From Fimicolochytrium jonesii (Eukaryota), in NCBI RefSeq assembly GCF_025526975.1, contig NW_026515669.1:930001-994000 (forward strand): a stretch of DNA of 64,000 nucleotides, in the 5' to 3' direction. The translations under genes were made by a program, and so were the position numbers. Below, piece after piece: positions 24,401-37,499 of the stretch. Position 1 is the stretch's first letter; each line of letters opens with the position of its first letter. The notes under the pieces are model-generated. The model was not told where the DNA came from. It did no database searches and was given only the letters and a program-made list of their open reading frames with translations.

Positions 24401-27400
24401 GTCACTGCCATTTCCAAATGCTTGAGGAAATCTGGATCACTGAAAGACGAAATCTTCAGATTGTTTGGTCCCTCCTTTCTCTTGATCCAATTGAGAGCCT
24501 GCTGCTGCGGGTCAATGCATAGCGGGAAGCGAGACGCTTTTGTTGTCAAGATGCCGTTCTGTATGGACAGTTCATCAGCAGGCAGGCCTTCTTGACTCCA
24601 TTTGCTCATCTCTACGTCCGTAACGAGAAGACCTTCGATTCGGAAATTGTCACTGAGCGGCACTTTTTTCGATGAGACGTCAACCATCCATCGTTTGTAC
24701 ATCAGTTCGTGCCGTAATTCCCAATTGAAAGCGCCGGTATAGCTGAGGAAACCGGAGACCAGCAAACAGTCACCAACAAGCTGAATACGCTGCGCTTTTA
24801 GTGACTCCAGATCTTTCGCCCATCTGATCCTCTCGGATCCAAGACCGGAAATGAGCTTATCTGCTGCCTGAAGTCGTCGTTCCATGATTTCCGCCATTTT
24901 CTGGAGCTCCAATTGCTCCTCCTTGGCCTTTTGAAACTGCTCTTGCAATGACCCTAACTGCTCATTGAGGCGTTTTAGTTCTCGGGTAATCTTCTCGAAC
25001 TCGTTTTTGGAAAGGGCAAGATTTTTCTCAAGCGTTGCAACGGCCGCTCGTTTTGGTGCAATTGTCTTGGCTACGCTGCAGTAACCCATGACTGCCAAAA
25101 CAAACTTCAGCAGCCCCGCGCCAGCTGCCGAAATTTCAGTCATCCGCTGCAGTGAGACGTCCATCTCCTTGAGGATCCCCTTTACGGCCTTAGTTTGCGT
25201 CGACGTAATGCCATCGACATCTAGGGCCTGTAATGAGGATTTGAAATCGGTGGCAGACATCATGGCTTTCGCGCTTTTCCAAGAAATGTCTTTGATTCCC
25301 TTTATAACGCAAATACACTCGCACACCTTCTGCACTTCTTTGGGTGGTTTGGCGAAAGATCGGATCTCCGTGATTTCAGACGATGACAGATTTTGCAGAG
25401 CAATGCGCGCCTCTTCTAGAGCAGGCAGAGCTTCCTCTAGCGCGACTTCGGCTTCTTCCTTATCCTTTGCAATTTGCGTATTTTGTGCATCGAGCTCGAC
25501 CTCTTTCTTCTGGGCAAGATCCTTTTTCTCCTCAGCTTGTTTCGTGCTGCTTGTGATGACCTCCAGAAGCTTGTTACACGCCTCGGTCTTCTCTTTCACG
25601 GCAATATTCTGCTCTGCCAACTGGACATTCAGCACATCCAGCTGTCGACTGGATTCTTCCAGTTTACCGAGACCTGATTCCAAACGAGTGCATGATCGGG
25701 AGTTTGACTCCCGATTTTCCTGCAGTAATCGATTGTACGTATTGACATAGTCGAGGTAGTTCTTCGGGGTGACGTAGTTTGCGCGTCTGTATTTCTGTAA
25801 GAACTCGGCACTCATCTCCCCGACAGAAAGATGCACGGCCACCATGTGCTGCACGATGGCAGGTCGGTGCTCTGGTGGCACTAAATCCTCCCTCAAAAAA
25901 GCGTCTGCCACCGACAACAAGGCCTGCTCTGGCCATGGTGGGAACCAATCGATCATCGTGTTGTTGACAATGCCGGGGAAAGATCGACATCTCTCTCTTA
26001 GCCTATCGCCTTGGGGCGACATGCAAAGCACGACATGGAGATTGTCCGAACATTTACTCACGAAATACTGCCAGAGACTTTCTTTTGTCTGAGAGACCCC
26101 ATGTTTCGCTGCCTCATCGCGGATGGACCCCAGTAGCGCTTCCTTCTCGTCGTCCTCGTATAGAGCAGGTACCATACCCGTGGTCAACATGTTGTTGATG
26201 AGCTCCAGGAAGCTCTCCTGGACCACGTGAGCATCCGTAAATAAGAATACGGTTTTCGTACCCGCCCCAAGCTGCGAGTATAAGGCTTTCAAAGATTCGC
26301 GGAACTCCGTCTCTCCGTATCCTCGTGTCAAAGCGATTTCAAACACGCTGCATCCGGCAGCAAATGCAGCGAGTTTGGTCAGTGACTGTTTGCCGGAGCC
26401 TCCCACTCCGACAAGTAGCGCGTGACCTCTCCTCAGTCGAATCACTCTCTGAATTCTTGTAACGTGCTCCAAGGCATCCTCAAAAAGCACAAGGTTCATC
26501 TTGTTGAATCTGTCATTGTACTCTTCCAGTATCTCTTGGAAGATAGACTTGACCGCAGTGAAATCGAGGAGATCTTCATACAGGCGAGCGGCCTCTTCAT
26601 GAAGTGCATGCCGAAAATCACCAAATAAGCTCGGGTTTCGAGTCGCATATTCCTCGCAAGACTCAAAGTTGTCTAAGATCAAGCGATTGATCATCTTGTT
26701 GACGTAAGTGCGGTCGGTATCGTTGACGAGTCGGTCGTTGAAAACCCGTAGAACCTCGTTTCGCCATAACCGTACAAAGTGCTTCCCTTCGGTGAAATGA
26801 TCTGGGGTTGCTAAGCACAGGCCTTCGTATACTCGCGATATGTCTCGTAAATTGAAGATATAGTGAAATTTGCTGGGGGTTGGTAGCAGACTTTTCACAA
26901 TCTCTGAATATAACTTCAACGTGATTGGAGTGAGCTTGTTGGCAACCACTTGTATCTCTTCAGAGAAAGGCGCGACATGTCCTTGCAGAATTCCGGAGTA
27001 GATGCGGTGGAGACTAGCTTCTTTCGGGAAAGTGATGTTGAAGACACAAAACAAAGAAGCAAAGCGGATGTCGATGTCGTTTCGGCCACCACCCGGGGTG
27101 CCCATTGAACTGATGAATTGAACATCTTTCAAGTTTTTCCAGTTGAGCTCCTTTCCTCTGTCGTAAAGACCTCCGCGCTCTATCAACAGTTTGAGAAGCG
27201 CAATAGGCTGCTGGGTGCCGTACGTGTCTTTTGCCGGCATGTTTAAGTCATCAACGAAAACGATCATTCGCCTGTTGGCCGGAGGGCCATACGTGTCTTT
27301 CGTACGTTTCTCCACGTTTGCTTCCAGATTCTTCTGCACATCCAGAGAACTCGTCCGAGAAGAGAAGTTGATGTTGAGGACGAAGTTCTTGTCTGCTGGT

Positions 27401-30400
27401 AATTGCCGAAGAAACTTCTGTAGCGTGACGGTTTTGGAGGTGCCAACTTCACCAACAAAGAGTACCGGCCGTTTCAAGGCAACGAGCTCCTCCAGAAGCC
27501 ACGAGTGCCGCACAGTATCCATTGTTGGGACGAGAATCTCGTGAAACGCTTGCGACCGATTGTGCTCATAAGCGGGAACGTAGCTGCTCCATGACATCCA
27601 TTGAAGCTCACTTACATCGAAGCGATAATCGAAGAGAGATTTGTCATTGCCAGGAAGCTGGCCGGCCGCTATGGCGGCCGCTGTGTGCACAAGAGGCAAC
27701 TCTGATAGTTTCTTGACCCCCTCGGAAAACTTGTTTCGATCTTCCTCAACCAGACTGGCCCCGACCGACCATATAACAGACTGAATGAAGAGCCCTTCCA
27801 GCACGGCTTCTTGAGCGAATAGTTTGCTATCAGTAAGCTGGACATCCAACATAGCGCAGAGTTGCGAAGTCATTGCTAGTGATGTCACAGGAATCACTCT
27901 TTTCAAGGTTTCCGCCACGAAGCCTCCAAACGTCCCTTCCAACACATATTCAATGCAAGCTGGGACATACTTGTTGAAGAGCTGCGTGAGTAAGGTGCTC
28001 TCGGCTGTGTTGGGTCGTGCATTGACCCAGCGCTCAAAGTAGGGCCGATATCCCAGATTCTTGGGATCCATATAGACCATTCCGCATCGAGACACTGTGG
28101 CCGGACTCGCGTACTGCAGATCTCCCACTTCGAAAAGCAGAGCGGCGTGCTTCTGAAGGCGTATGCGTTCTCCATTGGGTAGCGTAAGTAATCTGTTGTC
28201 ATCCATCACAGAGTTCATATTTTCCACCCAAACCGCGTCCACGTCCCCATCAAAGACGATGTATTTCCTTTCTTTCTTGTCCGTCGGCTTGTTCACCTCG
28301 CGGAAAATATTCGAGAGCAATCCGTCAGTCCAGTCTCTTGTGACAGGATCCAACACACCATACAACTCGGCGACGGTCACCGCTTTCGCGTTCAACGTGT
28401 AAAGCTTGGTGGCTAGCCCAAGCTTCGTTTGCGCCTTCGCAAGGGTGTCAATCACAACAGATTTTCCTCCCCCTGCTGGGCCGACCACCATCGAGGTGTG
28501 CCTTGTGAGCATCGTCTCGTAAAGCTGCACAACCTTGTCTACTTGCTCGGCGACCATAACATAGTTATTTTCCGCAAGTACCTCTTCTACGGCATCGTTG
28601 AAATTGGGGTATCGCACTCGCGGGCAATCCAGTCCAGGGAATAGATCAGTGATTAGACCCAGAAACAACGGCACGTCATCGAACACGAATTTCGGCAAGT
28701 TCATGTCGCGCAACGCCCGCATCAGGACTACATCCTCGTTCAAGTTTGGGGAACCTCTCTTCAGAGAGCCAGCCATTACCAGAACCGATTTCAAAGCCCT
28801 CAATCCAAAGTCGTAATGATGTTGCTTCGACAGTTGACCTTTGGCCAGCTTATAAAGAACCACCATCTTTTTTGCAAGGCTTTTTGCGAGGGTAAACCCT
28901 TCAGAGAATAGCATGATCTCGCAGATCAACTCCAAATCAGGTACTGCCATGACTACGGGCCGGAAGAGTGCCTTCAGATTATCGGGCAACTCCGTACGTC
29001 CAGCGTATCCAGGGTTCATCGTGATGAAAATACCGGTCCTCCTGTCCAGAACAATCTCGTTTCCCTCGAATTGAAATCTTTTCAGATTCGAAACCAGAGC
29101 ATTCTGAATTGTCTTGATCTGCGCCGAGATGACAGATAGTACAGCAAGCTCAATGCGATTGAACTCATCAAAGCATCCCCAAGCACCGGTCTGCACCAGG
29201 CCAGCAAAAATCTTTCCCATCGCCTGGTAGTCCATTCCTTCTCCACAGTTTGTAACCATACAAAGCAAGCCAAGAGCCTTCGCCAGGTCTTTGACTGTCT
29301 CCGTTTTCCCTGTCCCAGCAGGTCCAGCCGGAGCTCCTCCCAGCTTCATGGATAGGGCCTGGGTGAGCGTCAAGTAGCATCTATCCGTTAAAGGGGTGAT
29401 CACCAATCGGCCGTTCAAACCCATGTATTCGTAACCATAGTCGAAAACGCCGTTACATTGCTTGACTTGTAGTTCATCTACGGATTTATCCCAGTAGAAC
29501 CGGAGCTGAGATTCCCATTCAAACTCGTTCTCGTCCATGATCGAGTCGCGCACAAATCGGTCAACGATGTCCCGCGCATGAACGTCGATGATTATCTGAG
29601 AGTTGAGCTTCTTTCGATCGTTTCCACTAAGATCGGAACGGACCTTCACGACAAGATTGTCCAATTGCTCGCCCAATCTTTTCGAGTACGCTTTCATCGC
29701 AAGCTTGTTTCCCGCCTTGATTTTTTGGAAGACGTCTTCCACTTCCCAGGTCCACCAGACTTGGGAGCCCGCAAGAGCCACCATGCCCTGATACTTCAGG
29801 ATCCAGTCAAGCCTGTCCATGTCTGGGTAATAATAGACGGCCTCTTTGTGAATGGTTCGGTTTGATTTCTTCATCTCTGCTTCCACGAGACTCATCCATT
29901 CCTCCACCCTTCCTTCAACAGGGATGATGCGGCGATAATCGAGATTCTCCCCTTCGGAAGACGACATGCCCATGACAGCCTTCTCGTTCTTACCCGTCCC
30001 GAAATTCAGCTTCAAGACGTTGTCGAACATTTTGATGATATGCTCTTGAACGTTTTTTGGATCGTGGCTGCCCAGAATAGACAAGAGCTCCTCATCTGAG
30101 ATGAAAAAGAACCTAGGAAATGCGTTTCGCTTCGATTCCAGATAGTCCGATAAAGACTTTTGACAACCTTCCAAATCGTTTGAAAGCCCTTGAAGCAATG
30201 GGAGCCGACCTTCTGCCTTGCAAGCCTCCAGCACTTGAGGATGCTTTGCTGTATCGGCCATCAGCTTCTTGAAGGTCTTGTCGATGCGGTCAAAACGAGC
30301 AGCTTCTTCTGGAAGTTGCATTCGAATGTCACCTGAACCTATGAAGATGGATTCCAGATACATCCAACGCCTTTGAACAACCATCCATACTTCCAGGACT

Positions 30401-33400
30401 TCCCCAATGTGAGAAAGCACCTTTTCCCATTCTTGTACGGCGGGTAAGAACGCGGCCACGAAGCGAGATGCGCCCATGGACTGCAAGGACATGGCATTAT
30501 CGTCGAGGGTCAGAATAATGTCGTCGATTGCTCCCAGAATAAATCCCCGATCTTCGGTGCCCTTCGTATACTTGACGATCGTGAATTTGAGGTTTTTCCA
30601 TGTGTTCTCAACCTCCTTGATCCCATTTTCGATGCTCAGTTCCTTCATTGCACCGGCAACAATCTCTCCGATTGCAGTGGCGTGTTCGTGCAGGTTCATG
30701 CCGAAAAGCTTCTCCAGCGTAAAAGTTTCAGGATTCATATCGAAGGTTTTGCCGGTGATCTCCATCAGCTTTTTCCAATGACGCTGGCGCAATGCCTCGT
30801 TCTTCAGGTCAGCAAAGAGTGGGATGGAATCCTTGAAAGTCACAATCTTCTCGGCGACCACATTGTATGGAGCCAGTTGCTTCAATTCTTTAGGCAATTT
30901 TTTCAGCCGCAAGGCGAATGTTTCCATCCCCTTGGTCAAGATGCTCACATCGAGGTTTGCCCACAATGTCGTTGACCATGAAGAGATTGCTTCTTTCACC
31001 TCCGTGTAAAGAGTGTAAATTTTGTCCAGCTCCTTCACTTCGGTTTCGAGCTCGTGAAGCTCCGGATACGAAGTTATGATGAGGTTAAACAACTTCTCAC
31101 CACGAACAAGGTCTTCTTTCCGTGTATGGAAGGTGGCAATTGCTTCTTTTGCCCCTTGTAGGAGCTCCAAGCCGCGATCCATATCGGAAGTCACCGCGCC
31201 AGGACCGTTGATCATGAAATCGTCTTTGAATTTTCTCAAATCCGCACGGAAGCTCCTCACTTGCTCTTCAGTAGCATCGGTGAACTTCTGCTTGACGGCG
31301 ACGAGCCCGTCATCGACTTCTTTCGCCCGAACCAGCATGTATTTCCATGTTTCCGGTAAGGACCTCCCCGCTTCCATTTCCGCTGGATTCGTTTGGATAC
31401 CGTACATTTCCAGAGTACGATACGCTTCCATGACGTTTCGATACTGTATTTCCACATCTTCCGAGGCAGCTCTGATATCCGCGAGGACATTCAACACAAA
31501 TGTAAGATCGTCTAATGTTTGCGGGTCGGTCTGCAATTCCTCTTCATATTTGGCGATCTTCTCTTGCACCTGAGTGAGTCCAGTCAAAGCGAGAGTATTC
31601 AGATGTTTCCCTGATGGAAAAGTCAGTATCATCGTTCACTCATCGATTGTAATGGCTCTTCGAGTACAGACCTATAGATTCAATCCACCCTTGAGCCTCT
31701 TGATGAATGGCTGCTTGCAGCGGCAGCGAACTGATTCGGATGAAATCGAGGTCCTTGACACTGGGATGGGAATCCACATCGGAAGCTAGTTTCGAGTAAA
31801 AGGCCAGCTTCTCATCATAACTAATGACGGAGGGTTTCTTTTGGGCAAATTTCTCCAAAGTAATAACCTTCGAAACGACCAAAGATTAGCAGACAAAAAA
31901 TATCGAGTAGATATAGCTCTCCTAACCTTGTCAACTTTCCACAGTGGGCGATACTTTCGCCACGAGTCCAGCCATGCATTGAGGCTGCCAAAGGTGCGCG
32001 TAATGCTTGAATTGAGAGACCCAATCATTGCGATGATGCTCTGATTCGCGATAATGTCCGAATGAAAGCTGAAGATGATAGGCTCCTCGTCTTCTGCTGC
32101 CTTCTGGGGTGGGGTCAAAATACATGTCCCGTTCATCCATCGATAGAACATTTTCGTTGAATCCACAATGGAGCGTGCCAGTTTGACCATCATTTTGTAG
32201 ATTTCCCCGGAAAGAGGCGAGATGACGATCTCCGGGGCGGATAGGGAGGCGTTCACTTTGAAAAGCGGTGCGGTCCGTCGCGCCCTGCCCATAGCGGTGA
32301 TGCCTACTAAGGCTCCTATCTTTTTGGCCTTCCGGTTGGGGGAAGTTGTCAACAAGCTCTCCAATATTTGCATGTTGTTCAGTACCATCTGTTAAAATCC
32401 CACCGTTAGCATAGCATAGCGCCTGACATCCTATTGACACTCCCGCTTACATAGTTCAAAGCCATGAAAATCTTTCGCTCCCAGTGTGCATAATACTCCT
32501 TGAGAGCTTTGCTTTTCCCCGTATTCGTTCCAGCCACTAAGGATTCCATTTTTATGAGCAAGGGTCCGACACTCGCGTACTTGAGCGCGACAGTCTCTAG
32601 CACATTGGTCCGATTTTTATGTTCGAAGTCGAAAAACTCCTAGAGGTTGTCCAAGTTTTGAGCAGAAGGATGGAGCCACTCGCAGAATGCATACAGCAAC
32701 TCACGTGGGCGTCCATAATCTCCTCGGTCGGTGGTTCTCTGATAAGCGTCGCCTTGGAGATCAGGTTGATGGCGCTGGAAATGTTGGCTGATGTTTTTCT
32801 GACTTGATTCACCATGGAGGTGAACTTGTTGATTTCCTAATCGATAGATCACATTAGAATAGCTTTCATCGCTGCCAAGACTTCGTTGACTGCCGTACCG
32901 TATTGCATCGATGAATGAACTCCGGTATGCCGAGCGAGTTCCAGTTCAGTCGCGTGAACCCGGGCTTCATCACCCGCTTGAGCTCCGTAATGTGCGCATA
33001 GAGAAGCTTTCGCTCCGCACCGTCGAGAACATCAAGAATGGCATTGTAGCTATTCAGCATGCTGTTCAGGTTCTCAACATACGTATGGTATTTATCTTCC
33101 TACAGAGAACGGATGCGTCAGCCAAACAAGTGGAGTCTCAAGGACATGAAGAGCAGGAAGACTCACTTGCAAAGCAACATTCAGTGCAGCTTCAGGAACG
33201 ACTAGCCCCATTTTGTCCAAGTACTTGGTTTCCCGAATGCAATCTCGCAGCTCTGGGCGGAAATTGACAAACACCCTTTCCGCACTATCACCCTTGCCTC
33301 CCATATCCGGTCCGGTTATCGCAAGAGTATTGCCATGGCCGCCGCCGAGGTAGGCATTGGATCCGACCACCTTATAGAGGATGTGCGATTTCAAGTATTG

Positions 33401-36236
33401 CAAGGAGTTGGCCTCCACCGACACACACCATTGTGCATAAAGCTAAGATCCGGGTGTCAGTTCATTAACGAGATGCAAATCAGTTTCTGGATGGCAAGGC
33501 GCATACCTGCTCTTCGTAAGTGCGCATAGCCTTTGCAACGCCCAGGTACTTCTTCGTGACGGCCCTTCCCTGCTCACTGACAAGCATCTCTGTAGGTAGG
33601 TTTGTTAATTTCAAATGTCCTCGAATTGAGATGCTCCATCTTCCTCACCTTGCAGCGATTGAAACCGGACAATCGTCTTCTTGATCCGGGCGAACAGGCT
33701 TCTAGACCAGGCGATCGCCCCAGCCACTCTTGGTTGGTTTTTTGTGCACGGAGGATTGTCTCTAAGTGATTGGAAAAGGCAGAGTCAGCCATGACGTGAT
33801 CTCATGTCGGCAAAGCAATATACAGAAACGTACTTATGGTTGCGGAAGATTTCATCAATGATGTCGACTTCACGTGCATATTGATCAAGAATTTCGTACC
33901 ACTTGCCCATCAACTGGGCATTTATGGATTCTCTCGACTTGATGTTCTTGATGTTTTGCAGCAAGTCAAATGCACCCTCGGCAGATCTCAACTTCTTGAA
34001 GCTCGCGTCGATGAATTGTCGCGCCATATCTTCAATCTGGAGGATCTGCTCCCGGAATCTCGTCATTAGCAGTTCCCATGCGTTCTGGTGTGGTTTGGAG
34101 AATACGTCAAAGGGTGCCGATTCGAAAGGAACCACAAGATTCTCAACGCGCTTGATGACCTCGTCGATCTGTTGAGGATCGCCGGTTACAGCTTTTAGCT
34201 CTGGCCCAAAGATGCTGTAAAACTGCTCCATAACTTCCGCAATTTTGAATAGATCAGCGCAGCGAAGAGCCATGTAGTCGGTCTGCTCAAACAATCGCTT
34301 GCGGTCGAATTCCCACCGCTGATCCCGGCCCGACTGCTCGATGCGCTCTCGAACCGCAAAGTAGGTTCGTCTCCAGCTCTCTAGTAACTCCTTCGCATCG
34401 ACGATCTTTGTTTTGGCATCCGCAGGAGGCTCTCGGAATATTTTGTGGATGTCCACCACGTGCGCTACTTTGTTGGCGAGCTCCCACGCTATTCTTCCCA
34501 TCAGAGGCACCATCCGCTCATCCCGGTTGTAATGCCTAGATATAATCCACACCATGCGAATAGCATTCAGAAGACTTGGCAAAGAGTCCTGAACACTGGT
34601 AAGGCTCCCCGTGAGAATATTTTTGAAGTGCCGCTCGAGGGTCGACAAAAACTTCACATTGTCCTTTGCTTCAGTGTAAAACTTCGTGAGCTCCTGCAGT
34701 TGGAAATCGAGAGTCGACGATCCAGGCGATTGTGCTTTGGCCAGGATTTGTTGGATTTTATGCACAATCGGCATATTGAGCTGTTCATGGAGCGTGGACA
34801 GTGCGGCATTGCGATCCCGCCAAAATTCGATCTCTGCCAACGGACCCTGAAATCAAATCGTCAATGTGGGTATTGCAAATTAATCTTCATAGGAGGTGCA
34901 TACCTCTCCGATTGGAGTTTTCTTGGCTTCCTTCGCAAGCGAGATCGTGACTGTTTCTATCCACTCATCTGCGAGGCTTTCCAATGAGGCCACCAGCTTT
35001 GTGTCTTTGGACGCCTCGGTAACGTCCTCTAGGCCCTCCAGGGATCCCAGCTCCTCCGGGATTTTCAATCTCGTCTCGCTGGCGACTTGTTGCACAGTGT
35101 GTGATATTTGACTAGCAAATTTCTGCAATCCGGAGATGAATTCGGATCTAGCCCCCAATCCAGGCGCAGTTGCGTGCTGCTCGCCAGCGACTCCTGGCGC
35201 ATCCGCCTGGCTGAGAAGTGGGAGATACACTTCCGAAAGAACATGTTCAAGCATCAGCAATGCATGCGCAGAAAAGTGGCCAATCTCCAGCCATGACGAA
35301 AGACTGTGTTCCGCATCTAAGAGATCAACATCAGTCAGCACGCAATTTTTGGGTTTGGTACGGCAATTCTGTGCCCTTCACCTTCAGGACTGGATGGGAT
35401 GGGAATAGCACCAGGCTTATTCCTCAAAAAGTATACCGAGTTCACCTCCGTTAACTGATCAGGACATTCCTGTGTGCACATGAACAGACGATACGCTTCG
35501 CGCACTGGCGTCGAGCTCGGTGGCTCCGCTGGTTTATCGGTGCTCTGCGTTGGGGCACTTTGCTCGAGAGTCTGCTCCTCGGAAGGTATATCGGCCGCAA
35601 TCCCATCATTTATGGGTTGTGGTTCCTGCGTTCACAGCTTGAGTCAGCGGATCTCGCATTGCTTTGGTCCCCCAATGTAACTCACCTCCGTTGCAGCCTG
35701 CGATGGTGCCGTTTCGGGATCTAACCACAGTAACGTTCAGCGAAACAACATCCCTTTTGAATCCATTTCTGACGAGAATCCTTACCTGAAATTGCATCGG
35801 TAAGCTCGCCAGCTGGTGCTTCCACCGCCTCCCCAGTGCTGGCATCCTCAGCAGTACTCGTAACGTTTTCACCATCCGTCGTAGATGCATCTGCGGGCAA
35901 TTCATCTTTCGGCGTATAGCTCTCAGCCCAGACCATAAGAGCGGAGGCATGATCGCCCTTCCTGACACGATCTTCGAGAAAGTCCATGATAATTTGCAGG
36001 TTCTCTCTATTGTTGTGCTCCAAGCAATCCCAGAACAGATCCTGCGCAGGACCGCCTGGTCCGGGCTGCGGCTTTTCGAATTCGATCATCAAACCAGAGT
36101 GCAGCTTTTTGCGAATCCAGCATAGCCGCTCGTCTGCTTTCGGGTCGGCAGGCAGAGTGCTGGAAATATACGACGAGACGGCAGTAGGCCCCGTCGTGGC
36201 CGTGGCCGCGCCGGTGCGCGGCCTTGAGTTCGTCAT
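21406..36236 (-). CDS. DNAH10: Axonemal inner-arm dynein heavy chain, I1-alpha/DNAH10-like, multi-exon
   Basis: P-loops [41 protein letters not shown]-terminus [14 protein letters not shown] typical of DNAH10; N-terminal DHC_N1 exons (EIEFWRDR). Confidence 0.94.
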
Positions 36237-36559
36237 TACAATAAGACAAGGAGTCGTCTACACAGCAAGTAGTTTTCAGTAGGTTGCTACCAGCGCAAAG
36301 AAAGGGTGAGTGCAACGACTGTCGCTGAGTATTGGCGGAAACGTTGGCCTGGATCTGGACAAAGGCCGAGTACTGCCAAAAGAACTCCGCTGCAGTGTGC
36401 ACACGCGTTCTTGACTTAATAGCCCTAGGTTTAACTGACCCGTCACGTGACCGCGAAATCGATCCGCATCCAAATGCTGGATGCTAACCCTTTTGCGCTT
36501 GCACATTCTGCAACTTGTGTAGATTCTGAGGACATACAGAGGACTGTTCCGAATACAAT

Positions 36560-37499
36560 ATGAGCAGGAGAACGACGCTTTTCGTCGCTGGAATCAGCGG
36601 CCGCACTCGTGCAAAGGATCTTGCTTACGAATTTGAAAGGCAAGTGTCGAGCCTCTGTGTAGTTCCTCCCGTGACCCGTATGTCTAACCGAGAACCGATC
36701 TCCTTCCAGATATGGGCGACTAGGCAAGTTTCGAGCCTCTGTGTTCTTTCTCCCGTAATCCGCGAGAAGTATGTCTAACCAAGAACCGATCTCCTTCCAT
36801 ATCTTCCCGCCTCCCTTCCATCTTCCATATCGATCGTACGAACACCAGTGCGCTGTGATATTCCTGCTCCCAGGGGAGCGAACTCAAACCCGTAAGTTTA
36901 TTGAGCGCTCACCGTTGGCAACTTATCAGCACAGATTCCACGTTCGACTGGTAACCCCAACTGTCCCACTCCGACTAACGCCGGCAATTTGATTTTACCC
37001 GACTCCATATGCAATTAGTTATGCATTTGTTGAATTTGAGGATCCTAGAGATGCTGAGGATGCTTACTATGAAATGCAAGGGCGAAAAGTTGACGGCTAC
37101 CCTTTGAACGTTCAGGTACGATTTCCGATCAGCAAAGCGTATCGGATTAAGACTCGGTCGTCTTACCGCTATTTTCGAACGAATTCACAGTGGGCTAAGA
37201 ACACTCCCGGTCGTGGATGGCGGTATGAGGGTGGACGTGGTGGTTCCCCCCCTCCTCGCCGAGGGCGTTCCCGGTCTCCTCGTCGCAGGTCTCCTCCCAG
37301 GTCTCCTATCCGGGAGTCCCGAGACCGGGACGTTGTTGCCAAGCGCGAGGAAAGGGATGGTAATGAGAACGGAAGTCGGCATGCGGAGCCTGTTGACAGG
37401 GAGGACAATGGAAGGCACTCTCCAGGAACTGGCCGCCGTAGTCTCTCTCCGCGTCCGGATTTTGAGGAACGGGGCCGCTCACCAAGCCCACAAGCTTGA
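36560..37499 (+). CDS. SR-family splicing factor (RRM + RS tail, S. pombe Srp1-like); exons 36560-36639, 36710-36723, 36849-36891, 37019-37115, 37191-37499
   Basis: Spliced MSRRTTLFVAG...DLAYEFER|YGRL|VRCDIPAPRGANSNP|YAFVEFEDPRDAEDAYYEM...VQ|WAK...RGRSRSPRRRSPPR. The model requires two GC-AG introns. Confidence 0.87.
36638..36802 (+). repeat. Imperfect tandem duplication (period 84 bp) making introns 1 and 2 of the SR gene paralogous
   Basis: aggcaagt(g/t)tcgagcctctgtgt...tatgtctaacc(g/a)agaaccgatctccttcc occurs at 36638 and again at 36722. Confidence 0.9.

Noticed and set aside
16774..36236. Cyclase and dynein as a functional motility gene cluster
   Set aside because: Tail-to-tail adjacency alone is weak evidence in a gene-dense genome; it would need conserved synteny and co-expression.
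36275..36330. RFX X-box in the DNAH10 promoter
   Set aside because: Only half-sites (GTTGCT, TGCAAC) without a properly spaced partner.
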